Assembly: GCA_964634885.1 (NCBI GenBank)
Contig: CAZWLN010000025.1
Span: forward strand, 35,252 to 60,517
Source: an uncultured Hyphomicrobiales bacterium
Lineage (GTDB): Bacteria; Bacteroidota; Ignavibacteria; Kapaibacteriales; UBA2268
DNA: 25,266 nucleotides
Direction: 5' to 3'
Part shown: in pieces, positions 9,188-18,321 of the stretch
Layout of the letters: each line of letters begins with the position of its first letter
Numbering within the stretch: the first letter of the stretch is position 1
Translations under genes and position numbers: made by a program
Notes under the pieces: model-generated
What the model was told of the DNA's origin: nothing
Seen by the model: only the letters and a program-made list of their open reading frames with translations
The model's database searches: none

Positions 9188-9526
9188 ATGCCGAAAAAGA
9201 TAAGCATATATGACATTGAGGAAGGAATGATCGCCGCAGAGCCTGTCATCAACAATTACAGGCAAACACTTCTCAAAGCCGGAACCGTACTCAGGGACTC
9301 GCACAAGAACCTCCTGAAAACGTGGAACATTCTTTCCATCAGGATCAAAGCCGACGAAGACGACGAAGTCTCAGACCTCGGTGTCGAACTGCAACAACTG
9401 TGCATAGAAAGACTGTCAAAAAGAATGGCCTGGAAACCCAGGAATGAATATGAAAGGGCGATAGTCCATCTTGGCATCCTGAGGGCTGCTCAAATCATTC
9501 AAAAGAAAGAGAATAAATCCCTATGA
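9188..9526 (+). CDS. Small (112 aa) protein resembling the DUF3391-type N-terminal domain found fused to HD-GYP/HDOD proteins. It is translationally coupled (ATGA overlap) to the downstream HDOD gene.
   Basis: Pattern KISIYDIEEGMIAAEPV...LLKAGTVL...NILSIRIKAD follows the I-x-I-x-L-x-x-GM-x-v ... G-x-x-L ... I-x-I profile I remember for DUF3391. The stop TGA overlaps the ATG of the next ORF in a different frame. Confidence 0.5.
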   Translation: MPKKISIYDIEEGMIAAEPVINNYRQTLLKAGTVLRDSHKNLLKTWNILSIRIKADEDDEVSDLGVELQQLCIERLSKRMAWKPRNEYERAIVHLGILRAAQIIQKKENKSL

Positions 9527-10374
9527 TAAAAGTTGAAGATATCGTCGAGCAGGTAGAGGAGTTCCCCACACTCCCGACAATATACACTACGCTGCTGGAA
9601 GTAATGGCAAACCCCCGTTCTACCGTTGCTGACGTTGCTAACATCATCTCGCAGGACATTGCCTCCTCGACAAAGATATTGAAAGCTGTCAACTCCCCTA
9701 TCTATCATCTTCAGTGCGAAGTGGACACCATCTCCCAGGCCATTTTCTACATTGGTTTCAACGAAGTGAAGAACTTAGTCATCACCCTTTCCATCATGGA
9801 TATTTTCTATGAGAAACACTCCGAGGCCAAGTTCAACCTCATCGATCTCTGGAAACACTCCATTGCCGTCGGAGTCATCACCCGCATCATCGGCCAGCTC
9901 ATCGGCATCAAGAACATAGAAAACTTTTTCCTCTCCGGTGTCATTCACGACATCGGCAAGCTCTTCTTCCTGAAATCTATGAAAAAGGAATACTTTAAAG
10001 TAGTCAATTATGTTCTGGAAAACAACGTAACCATACAGGAAGCAGAAGAGCAGTTGATGGGGTTCAACCACATGCAGGTCGGCACACTAATCGCTAAGAA
10101 GTGGAAGCTGCCGACGACGATTACTAACTCCATACAGTACCACAGCACAGGCAAAGTGAAAGACCAGATCGACATACAGGCCAGTTGTGTCCACCTGGCC
10201 AATATAATCGCCCGCATAATGGAGTTCGGCTTTCCGGGCGACAACCTCGTCCACCAGCCTAACATTGAGATATGGAAAATTTTGAATATTGATCCGGGAG
10301 CCTATCCTCAGATTTTACCCAAAATTGTCGATAACTATGAGCAGTCGTTGTCGATTTTGTTATTGAATGAGTAA
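9523..10374 (+). CDS. HDOD domain protein (HD-related output domain, predicted signalling protein)
   Basis: 283 aa with LPTLPTIYTTLLEVMANPRSTVADVANIISQDIASSTKILKAVNSPIY and a GVIHDIGKLFF motif characteristic of HDOD. Confidence 0.75.
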   Translation: MIKVEDIVEQVEEFPTLPTIYTTLLEVMANPRSTVADVANIISQDIASSTKILKAVNSPIYHLQCEVDTISQAIFYIGFNEVKNLVITLSIMDIFYEKHSEAKFNLIDLWKHSIAVGVITRIIGQLIGIKNIENFFLSGVIHDIGKLFFLKSMKKEYFKVVNYVLENNVTIQEAEEQLMGFNHMQVGTLIAKKWKLPTTITNSIQYHSTGKVKDQIDIQASCVHLANIIARIMEFGFPGDNLVHQPNIEIWKILNIDPGAYPQILPKIVDNYEQSLSILLLNE

Positions 10375-11689
10375 GAATTATTATAAATTGCTATTTATGA
10401 GTGAGCTTTATCAAATAGAAAAAAAATATACGGACTTCTTCGAATCCATCGAAGAGTATTCACGCCAGAGGCTTAACGACGACAGGGTTTCCAACGTCAT
10501 CTCCCTGGGACTCGGCGTTTACACCAAATACGAAGATGTCCGTTTCTCTGCTCTGTACCTGATCGACGAAGAAACTTTCGAGTTCAATTACAGCAGCAGC
10601 ATCCCAACAATCAAACCGGAAACTGCCGGAAAAATATTCCAGGCCCTGGTTGACAACGACACTGTCGGAACATGCCTGCGAAACGCCTCCGTTGCCTATT
10701 TTCCTAACGACAACAAAGAGATTTACAAAAACTATTACCTCATCGTGCCGCTCATCGCTTCTAACGGCATCCTGGGAATTGTACTGCTCAGCCTGAGCAA
10801 ACCTCCGTGCAACATGGAACAGATGTTCTTCCGTATGATCGGCATCATGTCCAACCTGTTTGCAGCTACTATCGAGTCCACCTTTAAAGAAATCAAACTC
10901 AAAAAAGCCGAACAACTGCTCGATCAGAAGGTTGCTTTCAGGACCATCAGCCTCGTGGAAAGCCGCAAACAGCTTGAGGACCAGTTCGAGAGCCTTCGGA
11001 CGGACCTGAGCTCTTCCATGCCCCATGAAGTGCGTACTCCCATCTTCAATATACTCGGTTACAGCGACCTGCTGATGAAGAAATTCAAGAAGTCAGGCGA
11101 GGATGAAGACACTGTCAGTATGCTCCAGAACGTAAGGCTCTCCGCGGAAAGGCTGAAGAGGCTCTTCGAGAATTATCTCTATTACTCTCACCTGACAATA
11201 CTTTCGACAAACTATTCCGAGATAATGAAAGTACGTACACAGAAAGTCATCTCGGCCGAATCAGTAATTCACGAGTCTGCCTGGGATATGGCTTCCAACA
11301 GGAACAGGCTCGAAGACCTTCAACTCAACCTTGCCGACGCTCCAATCGCCATCTCTGAAACATACCTTCGTAAACTGCTCGAGGAAATTCTCGACAACTG
11401 CTTCAAATTCTCCGACAAAGGTACGCCGGTCGAGATTACTACGAGAGTCAACAACGAGATGTATGAGATGACATTCAGGGACAGCGGCAGAGGTATGACC
11501 GAAGACCAGATCAGGAACATCAATGCATATATGCAGTTCGACCGCGGTACGCATGAACAGCAGGGCTCGGGACTGGGAATGACCATCGCCAGGAAGATCG
11601 TGGACATTCACGAAGGACAGTTCGAGCTGGAAAGCACCATCGACGAGTACACCATTTTCAGGATTGCCCTGCCGATTGCCCTGGGCTAA
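10367..11689 (+). CDS. Cytoplasmic sensor histidine kinase (GAF-like N-terminal region, HisKA, HATPase_c). No receiver partner in the window.
   Basis: H-box MPHEVRTPIFNILGYSDLL, N/G boxes (DNCFKF, RDSGRGM, GSGLGMTIARKIV). No TM segments. Overlaps HDOD by 8 nt. Confidence 0.85.
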   Translation: MSKNYYKLLFMSELYQIEKKYTDFFESIEEYSRQRLNDDRVSNVISLGLGVYTKYEDVRFSALYLIDEETFEFNYSSSIPTIKPETAGKIFQALVDNDTVGTCLRNASVAYFPNDNKEIYKNYYLIVPLIASNGILGIVLLSLSKPPCNMEQMFFRMIGIMSNLFAATIESTFKEIKLKKAEQLLDQKVAFRTISLVESRKQLEDQFESLRTDLSSSMPHEVRTPIFNILGYSDLLMKKFKKSGEDEDTVSMLQNVRLSAERLKRLFENYLYYSHLTILSTNYSEIMKVRTQKVISAESVIHESAWDMASNRNRLEDLQLNLADAPIAISETYLRKLLEEILDNCFKFSDKGTPVEITTRVNNEMYEMTFRDSGRGMTEDQIRNINAYMQFDRGTHEQQGSGLGMTIARKIVDIHEGQFELESTIDEYTIFRIALPIALG

Positions 11690-11897
11690 GGCCTTTTGGT
11701 CCGGAGACACAGGGCTGCAATTGATTTCTGAACCCCGATTTCGTTCCAGGAATTTGAAGAGAACAATACCTGTTTTTGTACGGCGGCCATAAACGGCTTA
11801 TTTCGCAACCACTTACAACAATGTGAACAATTAGTAATTGGTATTTAATCATTTTTTTTCTATCTTGTAAAAGAGTTAATTGTATAATTATTTGTAA

Positions 11898-12719
11898 GTG
11901 CTTATGAAATATATAAATGTGCTGATTCTATTCTTTGGCTTCTTACTCGCTCAGTCGGCGTTCAGCCCCGAATGTGCAGAGGCAAAAAACAGGAAATCCG
12001 GGTCAAAATCCCACCATCATACATCTAAACACAGTAAATCCCAAAAATATGAAAGCAGGGAGACATCCAGGCAGCTGGTTCGTATGTCTATGGCCCTGCT
12101 CAGGCAGTACTGCCCCGAATATGCCCAGAAAAACGCCAGGGCTGCAATGAACTATGTAGAGCGCAAAGCCGCATACATGGACCATTTCAATGAACAGGAC
12201 TTTGCCTACACTCTCGACAAACTTTCCTACTATACATTCGACAACCTGCTTTACGAGTATCTCACCGGCGACGGTGACGATGAGATGGAAGAATCGGTTT
12301 TTGACGATGTCAGTCTCCGTATCAGGGCCATCAGGAACATCAACTCCTGGCTCGGTACACCGTACCGGTACGCCGGCCGCAACCGCAAAGGGATTGATTG
12401 CTCCAATTTCACCTCGATGATCTACAGCGACATCGTAGGTGAGTATTTCCCTGCCGGAGCCGACGCGCAGTCCCGCATGTTCAAGCCCATCAGGAAGCTC
12501 GACGACCTCCGTTTCGGCGATATTATGTTTTTCGCTTCATCCTCCCGGTCAAACAGAATTGGCCATTCCGCCATTTATATCGGCAACGGATTGTTCGCCC
12601 ATTCTTCCTCCTACAAGAAGCGCGGAGTAATGTACACCCACATCTCCGAATCCAGGTATATGGACAGGTTCCAGTTCGCCGGCAGGCTGCTCAAATCGCG
12701 TTGGACTCCAGTAACATAA
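11898..12719 (+). CDS. Secreted NlpC/P60 (C40) family cell-wall peptidase with a His/Ser/Lys-rich N-terminal low-complexity segment
   Basis: Signal peptide. Catalytic Cys in GIDCSNF, His in IGHSAIYIG, and a third polar residue in FAHSS, the NlpC/P60 layout. Confidence 0.8.
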   Translation: MLMKYINVLILFFGFLLAQSAFSPECAEAKNRKSGSKSHHHTSKHSKSQKYESRETSRQLVRMSMALLRQYCPEYAQKNARAAMNYVERKAAYMDHFNEQDFAYTLDKLSYYTFDNLLYEYLTGDGDDEMEESVFDDVSLRIRAIRNINSWLGTPYRYAGRNRKGIDCSNFTSMIYSDIVGEYFPAGADAQSRMFKPIRKLDDLRFGDIMFFASSSRSNRIGHSAIYIGNGLFAHSSSYKKRGVMYTHISESRYMDRFQFAGRLLKSRWTPVT

Positions 12720-12755
12720 CTGCACAATGAGGCAATTACGGATATAGCTCAGCTA

Positions 12756-13742
12756 TTGGCAAGAGGTTCCGTTGCTGTCGTCAGGACCGACAGGCTCGGC
12801 GACATGGTACTGACTCTTCCTTTGTGCCGGGCAATCAGGGAAGAATTTCCGGGATGCAAACTGACACTCATTGCCAGGTCCTATGTTGAACCGCTGCTCG
12901 AAAACTGTCCCGCAATTGACGAGGCAATATATATTGATAATTATTCCGGGGGCATTAAGGAAATATTCAGCTCCCGGCGCTTTGACGCCGCTTTCTTCCC
13001 AAGGCCAAGGTATGATGAAGCAATGGCTGCTTTCACATCGAAAGTAAAACTCAGGGTAGGCAGCGCCTATCGCCTGTACTCCCTTCTCTTCAACCACAGG
13101 ATTTTCGACCACAGGCGAAAAGGCATATACCACGAAGCCGAGTATAATGTCCGCCTTCTTTCTGTACTTATGGGAAAAGAACTGGAAACGAAGCTTGTAA
13201 GGCCATTCGTATGTCCCGCCGCTAAGGCTGAAACAGACATACTTCTCAGGGAGAACGGCCTGGCAGGAACCGACTACATAATACTCCATCCCGGCAGCGG
13301 CGGTTCATCGAGGGACTGGCCTACACAGTCTTTCGCCGGACTGGCTGAACTGTTAAGCGTTAACAATTACCGCATTATTACTACCGGCATAGCTTCGGAA
13401 GCGCCTTCCTGTAAGGCAATTTCAGAACGCTCACCAGGCATTGTCAACCTGTGCGGCAGGCTGGACATGAGAGGTATGATTGCACTGATCGAAGGTGCAA
13501 AGCTGCTTGTAGCCAACTCCACAGGCATGCTCCATGTGGCGGCGGCATTAGGTACGCCAGTTGTGGGACTTTTCCCCAATACTTCCGAAATCAGCGGGCG
13601 CAGATGGGGCCCTTACTCGGCCAATTCAGCCGTTGTGTCGCCTCCGGACGGAGACAGCGAGGCAAAGGACGACATGAGGCTAATCAGCCCGGAGACGGTC
13701 TTTCATGCTGCTGTGAAACTGCTCGAAGGTCAGAAGTCGTAA
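12756..13742 (+). CDS. Glycosyltransferase family 9 (ADP-heptose:LPS heptosyltransferase, RfaF/WaaC-like)
   Basis: TTG start. N-terminal VVRTDRLGDMVLTLPL motif and C-terminal GAKLLVANSTGMLHVAAALGTPVVGLF block are GT9 hallmarks. The 3' end overlaps the convergent gene by 13 bp. Confidence 0.8.
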   Translation: MARGSVAVVRTDRLGDMVLTLPLCRAIREEFPGCKLTLIARSYVEPLLENCPAIDEAIYIDNYSGGIKEIFSSRRFDAAFFPRPRYDEAMAAFTSKVKLRVGSAYRLYSLLFNHRIFDHRRKGIYHEAEYNVRLLSVLMGKELETKLVRPFVCPAAKAETDILLRENGLAGTDYIILHPGSGGSSRDWPTQSFAGLAELLSVNNYRIITTGIASEAPSCKAISERSPGIVNLCGRLDMRGMIALIEGAKLLVANSTGMLHVAAALGTPVVGLFPNTSEISGRRWGPYSANSAVVSPPDGDSEAKDDMRLISPETVFHAAVKLLEGQKS

Positions 13743-14734
13743 ATATCTGTTGTTTTCCAGGTGCCCGTGGCGGGATTGAACCGGCAAACCTGCCTGCCGT
13801 CCAGCGCAATCCAGATTAAGCCCTTTGTGTCGGCAGCAATGCACGTAACTTCATCGCTTTTCAATCCTGAATTACTGCTGTTGTAGAATACCCAGTCGGT
13901 ACCGTTAAAACTGGCAATACCGGAACTTCTCATGGCAATCCACTTCTTGTCGGTCGAATCGATGCAGATGGAGTAAACATTGTCGCTTGGCAGTATCTTC
14001 GATGTCTCGGTAATGGTGTACCAGCTGTCGTCTTTTCTGTATGCCAGTCCGTAGGAGCCTGTAAGCCAAAGGTTGTTCATGTTGTCGAAAACAATTTCAT
14101 TCAGGGAGTAATCCGAAAGGACAAAATCGTCAGAAGTATAGTACTGGGAGTAACTTCCATCGGTTGAGTATTTGAACAGCCCTCCACGTGTAATAGCCCA
14201 GACACTGCCTTCCTTGTCGATTGTGATATGAGTAATATAATTGGCTAATTTGACAAATTCGTCATCCTCCTGGCCGGGATACCTCATGATATTGATACAG
14301 GTGTCGCCGTCATAGTACCATGCGCCTTCGCCGTAAGTACCGGCCCAGACGTTGTCGTACTTGTCCACCGCAACATAGGAAACCTTGAGCTGATCGAAAT
14401 ATGTATTGGTAGTGTTTATGGTAATGAAATTCTTGCCGTCAAACTTCACCAATCCTCCGTAAGTAGCAATCCAGGCGTTGTTCTTCGAGTCAAAGTCAAT
14501 CGAAGTGATGAAATTGTGTGCTATTGCCGAATTGGAAGTACGGTAGTTCTTCCATTTGCTCCCGTCGTAAAAGACAATGCCGAAATTGGTTGTCCCGAAC
14601 CAGATATTGCCCTGCCTGTCGATGCAAATATCGGTAATTCCGTCTTCGTAGGAGACGACCGTTTGGTTCGTGTCTTCACAGGACACAAAAAGGAAACCGA
14701 TTGCTATTAAAAACACTATCCTGAAAATCTTCAT
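13730..14734 (-). CDS. Lipoprotein composed of two-component-regulator-propeller (Reg_prop) beta-propeller repeats
   Basis: Signal peptide then LFVSC lipobox. Reiterated ~45-aa repeats of the form ...G.IW.GT..GL..YDG..W..Y....S.L.SN.I.SI..D.. Confidence 0.7.
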   Translation of the reverse strand: MKIFRIVFLIAIGFLFVSCEDTNQTVVSYEDGITDICIDRQGNIWFGTTNFGIVFYDGSKWKNYRTSNSAIAHNFITSIDFDSKNNAWIATYGGLVKFDGKNFITINTTNTYFDQLKVSYVAVDKYDNVWAGTYGEGAWYYDGDTCINIMRYPGQEDDEFVKLANYITHITIDKEGSVWAITRGGLFKYSTDGSYSQYYTSDDFVLSDYSLNEIVFDNMNNLWLTGSYGLAYRKDDSWYTITETSKILPSDNVYSICIDSTDKKWIAMRSSGIASFNGTDWVFYNSSNSGLKSDEVTCIAADTKGLIWIALDGRQVCRFNPATGTWKTTDIYDF

Positions 14735-14935
14735 ACTACCGACCTTAATTCTAAGAATATTCTACCCAAAATTTACTATTTCCTGAAAACGTTTAAATAT
14801 TTGTAAATATTTTAGAATCCATTCTTCATTTTCCTAATTCTTGTTAATATTTGGAATATTTAATAGCTTTGTAAATAAAAAAATGGAAAAACAAATGAAT
14901 TTGATATATAAAATAAAAAATACAGGAAGTGAATT

Positions 14936-16177
14936 ATGAAAATCCACGAGTACCAGGCAAAAGAATTGCTTAGGAAATATGATGTACCGGTGTTGCACGG
15001 CAGAGTTGTTTTTACACCGGAAGAAGCCGGAAGCGTTGCTTACGAGGACTTCGTCCTGAAAGGGATCGGAACAATAGTCGTAAAGTCCCAGGTACACGCC
15101 GGCGGCAGGGGCAAAGGCACCATTTGCACCATCGACACGAACGAACCCGTCGTTCTGGACGGTAAACCTGTCAAGGGTGTTACCGTCGTCCACGACGGCA
15201 ATATCGCCGACAGAGCTTTCAAACTGGCCCAGGCCATCCTCGGCAATAAGATTGTTACAATACAGACCGGCGCTGCCGGCGCTGTTGTTAACAGGCTGTT
15301 CATCGAAGCCGGAGCTGAAATCGCCAGGGAATTCTACGCCGGCATAGTCCTCGACAGAGTCAGCGGCAGGAATGTCATCATGCTCTCTACCGAAGGCGGC
15401 GTCGAAATCGAAAAAGTTGCGGCTGAAACCCCCGAAAAGATACTGAAAGAATTTATCGACCCGGACATGGGCTTCCAGGACTTCCAGGCCAGGGACCTCG
15501 GCTTCGGAATCGGACTGTCGGGTGTTGCACTGAAGAACTTCGTAAAATTTATCAAGAATCTTGTCCGTGCCTATGAAGGCCTCGACTGCAGCCTCCTCGA
15601 GATCAACCCGATGGCCCTGACGACAGACGGCTCCATCATCGCCCTCGACGCGAAGATCAACTTCGACGACAGCGCCCTCTTCCGCCATCCCGAATACGCC
15701 GGACTGAGAGACACCGGTGAAGAAGACCCACTCGAGGTTGAAGCCGGTAAATATGACCTGAATTACATCAAACTCGACGGCAATGTCGGCTGCATGGTTA
15801 ACGGAGCCGGACTGGCAATGGCAACGATGGACATGATTAAACTCTCCGGTGGCGAGCCTGCAAACTTCCTCGACGTCGGTGGCGGCGCCAACGTTGAGAG
15901 GATTGCCAACGCCTTCAGGATCATGATGAGCGACCACAACGTCAAAGCTGTGCTCATCAACATCTTCGGCGGCATCGTCCGCTGCGACAAAGTTGCCGAC
16001 GGCATCGTCAAAGCGCTGCAGACCGTCAGGGTTAACATTCCTGTCATTGTTCGTCTCGACGGCACGAACGCAAAAGAAGGCGCTGAAACCCTGAAACAGT
16101 CAGGCATGAAATTCAAAGTTGCCACCAACTTCGAAGAAGCTGCCAAAAAGGTAGCGGAAGTGTTCCACAAAGCTTGA
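14936..16177 (+). CDS. sucC: Succinyl-CoA synthetase (ADP-forming) beta subunit
   Basis: MKIHEYQAKELLRKYDVPV..VVKSQVHAGGRGKG N-terminal ATP-grasp region. C-terminal GNVGCMVNGAGLAMATMD..GGEPANFLDVGGGA..IFGGIVRCD is near-identical in pattern to SucC. No sucD is adjacent. Confidence 0.93.
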   Translation: MKIHEYQAKELLRKYDVPVLHGRVVFTPEEAGSVAYEDFVLKGIGTIVVKSQVHAGGRGKGTICTIDTNEPVVLDGKPVKGVTVVHDGNIADRAFKLAQAILGNKIVTIQTGAAGAVVNRLFIEAGAEIAREFYAGIVLDRVSGRNVIMLSTEGGVEIEKVAAETPEKILKEFIDPDMGFQDFQARDLGFGIGLSGVALKNFVKFIKNLVRAYEGLDCSLLEINPMALTTDGSIIALDAKINFDDSALFRHPEYAGLRDTGEEDPLEVEAGKYDLNYIKLDGNVGCMVNGAGLAMATMDMIKLSGGEPANFLDVGGGANVERIANAFRIMMSDHNVKAVLINIFGGIVRCDKVADGIVKALQTVRVNIPVIVRLDGTNAKEGAETLKQSGMKFKVATNFEEAAKKVAEVFHKA

Positions 16178-16201
16178 GATATAAATAAAATAATTATATT
16201 C

Positions 16202-16234
16202 AAAGGGGGTTCAATTTGCCGGACCCCTTTTTTA
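16202..16234 (+). terminator. Probable intrinsic terminator after sucC (AAGGGG...CCCCTT stem followed by TTTTTT)
   Basis: Seen in sequence, 25 nt after the sucC stop. Confidence 0.5.
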
Positions 16235-16249
16235 TAAAATAATCAGGAA

Positions 16250-17071
16250 ATGATGGATTACTTTACTAAACAGGGAGAATTCCCCAAAATAATGGGGATC
16301 GTCAATGTTACTCCAGATTCTTTTTCTGACGGCGGCAGCTATTCCCGTACGGACGAAGCTGTAAGCCACGGACTGGCACTGCTGGAAGACGGCGCCGACA
16401 TCCTCGACATAGGGGGTGAAAGCACAAGGCCAGGCGCCAAAGCCGTCAGTTCAGAAGAAGAAGCCGCCAGGGTATTGCCCGTCATCAGCGCTTTGAGAAA
16501 AGCCAGGCCCGATGTAACCATCTCTGTCGATACGACAAAATACAGGGTGGCAAAAGCCGCCTTAGACAACGGCGCTTCCATCATCAACGACGTCAGCGGC
16601 CTCGATTTCGACCCTCTGCTGGCAGCCCTCTCTGCCGAATACGACGCTCCGGTAATCATCATGCATATGCAGGGCTCGCCGCGAACCATGCAGAACAATC
16701 CTGTTTACGACAATGTTGTCGAGGATATATACCGTATCCTGAAGGATAAAATTTCACTCGCATTAGAGTACGGAGCAAAGAAGATTATCGCCGACGTTGG
16801 TATTGGTTTCGGCAAAACCGTGGGGCACAATCTCCAACTGCTGAGGAATAGCGGCAGATTCAGGGAATTGGGTGTCCCCTTGTTACTGGGTATTTCCCGG
16901 AAGACATTCATCGGGAAAATTCTCGCAATCGAACAACCAAGTGAAAGAGATTTCGCTACGGCTGTCTTACACTCTCTTCTTCCCGGTTTCGGAGGAGACA
17001 TCATCAGGGTACACAATGTAGCAATGATGAACACGGTCAGGATGCTTTACAACACTTTGCAATGCCGGTAA
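16250..17071 (+). CDS. folP: Dihydropteroate synthase
   Basis: MGIVNVTPDSFSDGG ... DILDIGGESTRPGA ... pterin-binding motifs. Stop at 17069-17071. Confidence 0.9.
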   Translation: MMDYFTKQGEFPKIMGIVNVTPDSFSDGGSYSRTDEAVSHGLALLEDGADILDIGGESTRPGAKAVSSEEEAARVLPVISALRKARPDVTISVDTTKYRVAKAALDNGASIINDVSGLDFDPLLAALSAEYDAPVIIMHMQGSPRTMQNNPVYDNVVEDIYRILKDKISLALEYGAKKIIADVGIGFGKTVGHNLQLLRNSGRFRELGVPLLLGISRKTFIGKILAIEQPSERDFATAVLHSLLPGFGGDIIRVHNVAMMNTVRMLYNTLQCR

Positions 17072-17301
17072 ACAGCCGAAACCCCAACACTACCCACATC
17101 ATCTAAGTGTAAATGTGTAACATAAATTATTACACAATTGTAATATAATATACCACATAATAACAAATATTATTATCTTATATTATAAATTGGAAAAATT
17201 TGAAATTGAAAATTTGAAAAAAAAAATAATTATCTGTGAATGAAGTAGTTACGGAAAAAATTAAAATAAATAAACAGTAAAATAACAGGTGTCTTTGTTC
17301 A

Positions 17302-18321
17302 ATGCTGAGATTGCTGTCAACCATATATGAGTACGTCGTGAGGAAAAAGAACCTCAGCTTTGACAAGAAGCAGAGGGAAACATTTCATGTGGATGTCCCC
17401 GTCATCAGCGTCGGCAATATCAGCGTCGGCGGCGCCGGCAAAACACCGTTCGTAAAAATGCTCGTAAAAATGCTCCTCGACATGGGAAAGAAACCGGCTA
17501 TAATCGGCAGGGGCTATAAAAAAAAGATAAAGGGAATTGTCTATGTATCTGACGGCATTACCATCAACTATACGCCGGAGGAATGCGGCGACGAGATGTA
17601 CCTGCTTGCAGAAGCGCTTCGTGTACCGGTCATTGCCCATGAAGTGAAATACGAAGCAGCCCTTAAAGCAGTTGAGATTTTCGACATCGATTCCCTCGTC
17701 GTTGACGACGGTTTCCAGCATCGCCTGCTACACAGGGATATGGACATTGTCCTTCTCGACAACAGGACACTGGAACAGCACCATCTGCTTCCTTACGGCA
17801 GGCTGCGGGAGCCGCTCGAATCGCTGAAGAGGGCAGACTTCGTCTGTTTCAGGAATGACATTAGCCTCGGGCAGCTCAGCAAATACACTCTGCAATACAC
17901 CGAAAACCTCGTTTACAAGTACGACACCCTGAGGCCTTTCAGGCTCTCTAATAATACCAGCCCCGACGGCCAGGAGATATATGACCTGAGGAAAGGCGCC
18001 GTTGCACTCTCGGGCATAGCCAACCCACGCAGTTTCGAAGAGACCCTGAAAAACGACGGCTTCAACATTGTCAGCCACATTGCAATGCCTGACCATTACA
18101 AATACAAGCGCAAATCCGTAGAAAAAATTGTTTCCCAATGTTTGGCTTATAATTTGATAAATATTATTACAACCGAGAAAGACTCGGTGAAATTGAAATA
18201 TTTTGAGAATATTTTTGAGAAAAATAACATTAATGTATATGTATTACCGATAAATGTAAGTATAGAAAAAGGACAGACGCTATTAGAAGAAAGAATTTAC
18301 GGTTTATTTAACAATGAATAG
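17302..18321 (+). CDS. lpxK: Tetraacyldisaccharide 4'-kinase (lipid A biosynthesis)
   Basis: VISVGNISVGGAGKTP P-loop context and ...VDDGFQH... motif typical of LpxK. Size 339 aa. Confidence 0.88.
   Translation: MLRLLSTIYEYVVRKKNLSFDKKQRETFHVDVPVISVGNISVGGAGKTPFVKMLVKMLLDMGKKPAIIGRGYKKKIKGIVYVSDGITINYTPEECGDEMYLLAEALRVPVIAHEVKYEAALKAVEIFDIDSLVVDDGFQHRLLHRDMDIVLLDNRTLEQHHLLPYGRLREPLESLKRADFVCFRNDISLGQLSKYTLQYTENLVYKYDTLRPFRLSNNTSPDGQEIYDLRKGAVALSGIANPRSFEETLKNDGFNIVSHIAMPDHYKYKRKSVEKIVSQCLAYNLINIITTEKDSVKLKYFENIFEKNNINVYVLPINVSIEKGQTLLEERIYGLFNNE

Noticed and set aside
9053-9304. 83-aa minus-strand ORF in the glgA / signalling-operon divergent spacer
   Set aside because: It is AT-rich and low-complexity, and it overlaps the start of the plus-strand DUF3391-like ORF. 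A promoter region is the more likely explanation.
10460-11710. Antisense ORFs (188 aa, 149 aa, 95 aa) opposite the histidine kinase gene
   Set aside because: They have no motifs, whereas the kinase frame carries all H/N/G boxes. They are shadow ORFs.
11690-11897. Looked for a tRNA or riboswitch in the 208-bp spacer upstream of the NlpC/P60 gene
   Set aside because: No cloverleaf-compatible arms or conserved riboswitch cores were recognised. It is treated as an ordinary promoter region.
14834-15937. 367-aa ORF on the minus strand
   Set aside because: It lies entirely antisense to the very well-supported sucC gene, with no motifs and biased low-complexity composition. It is a shadow ORF.
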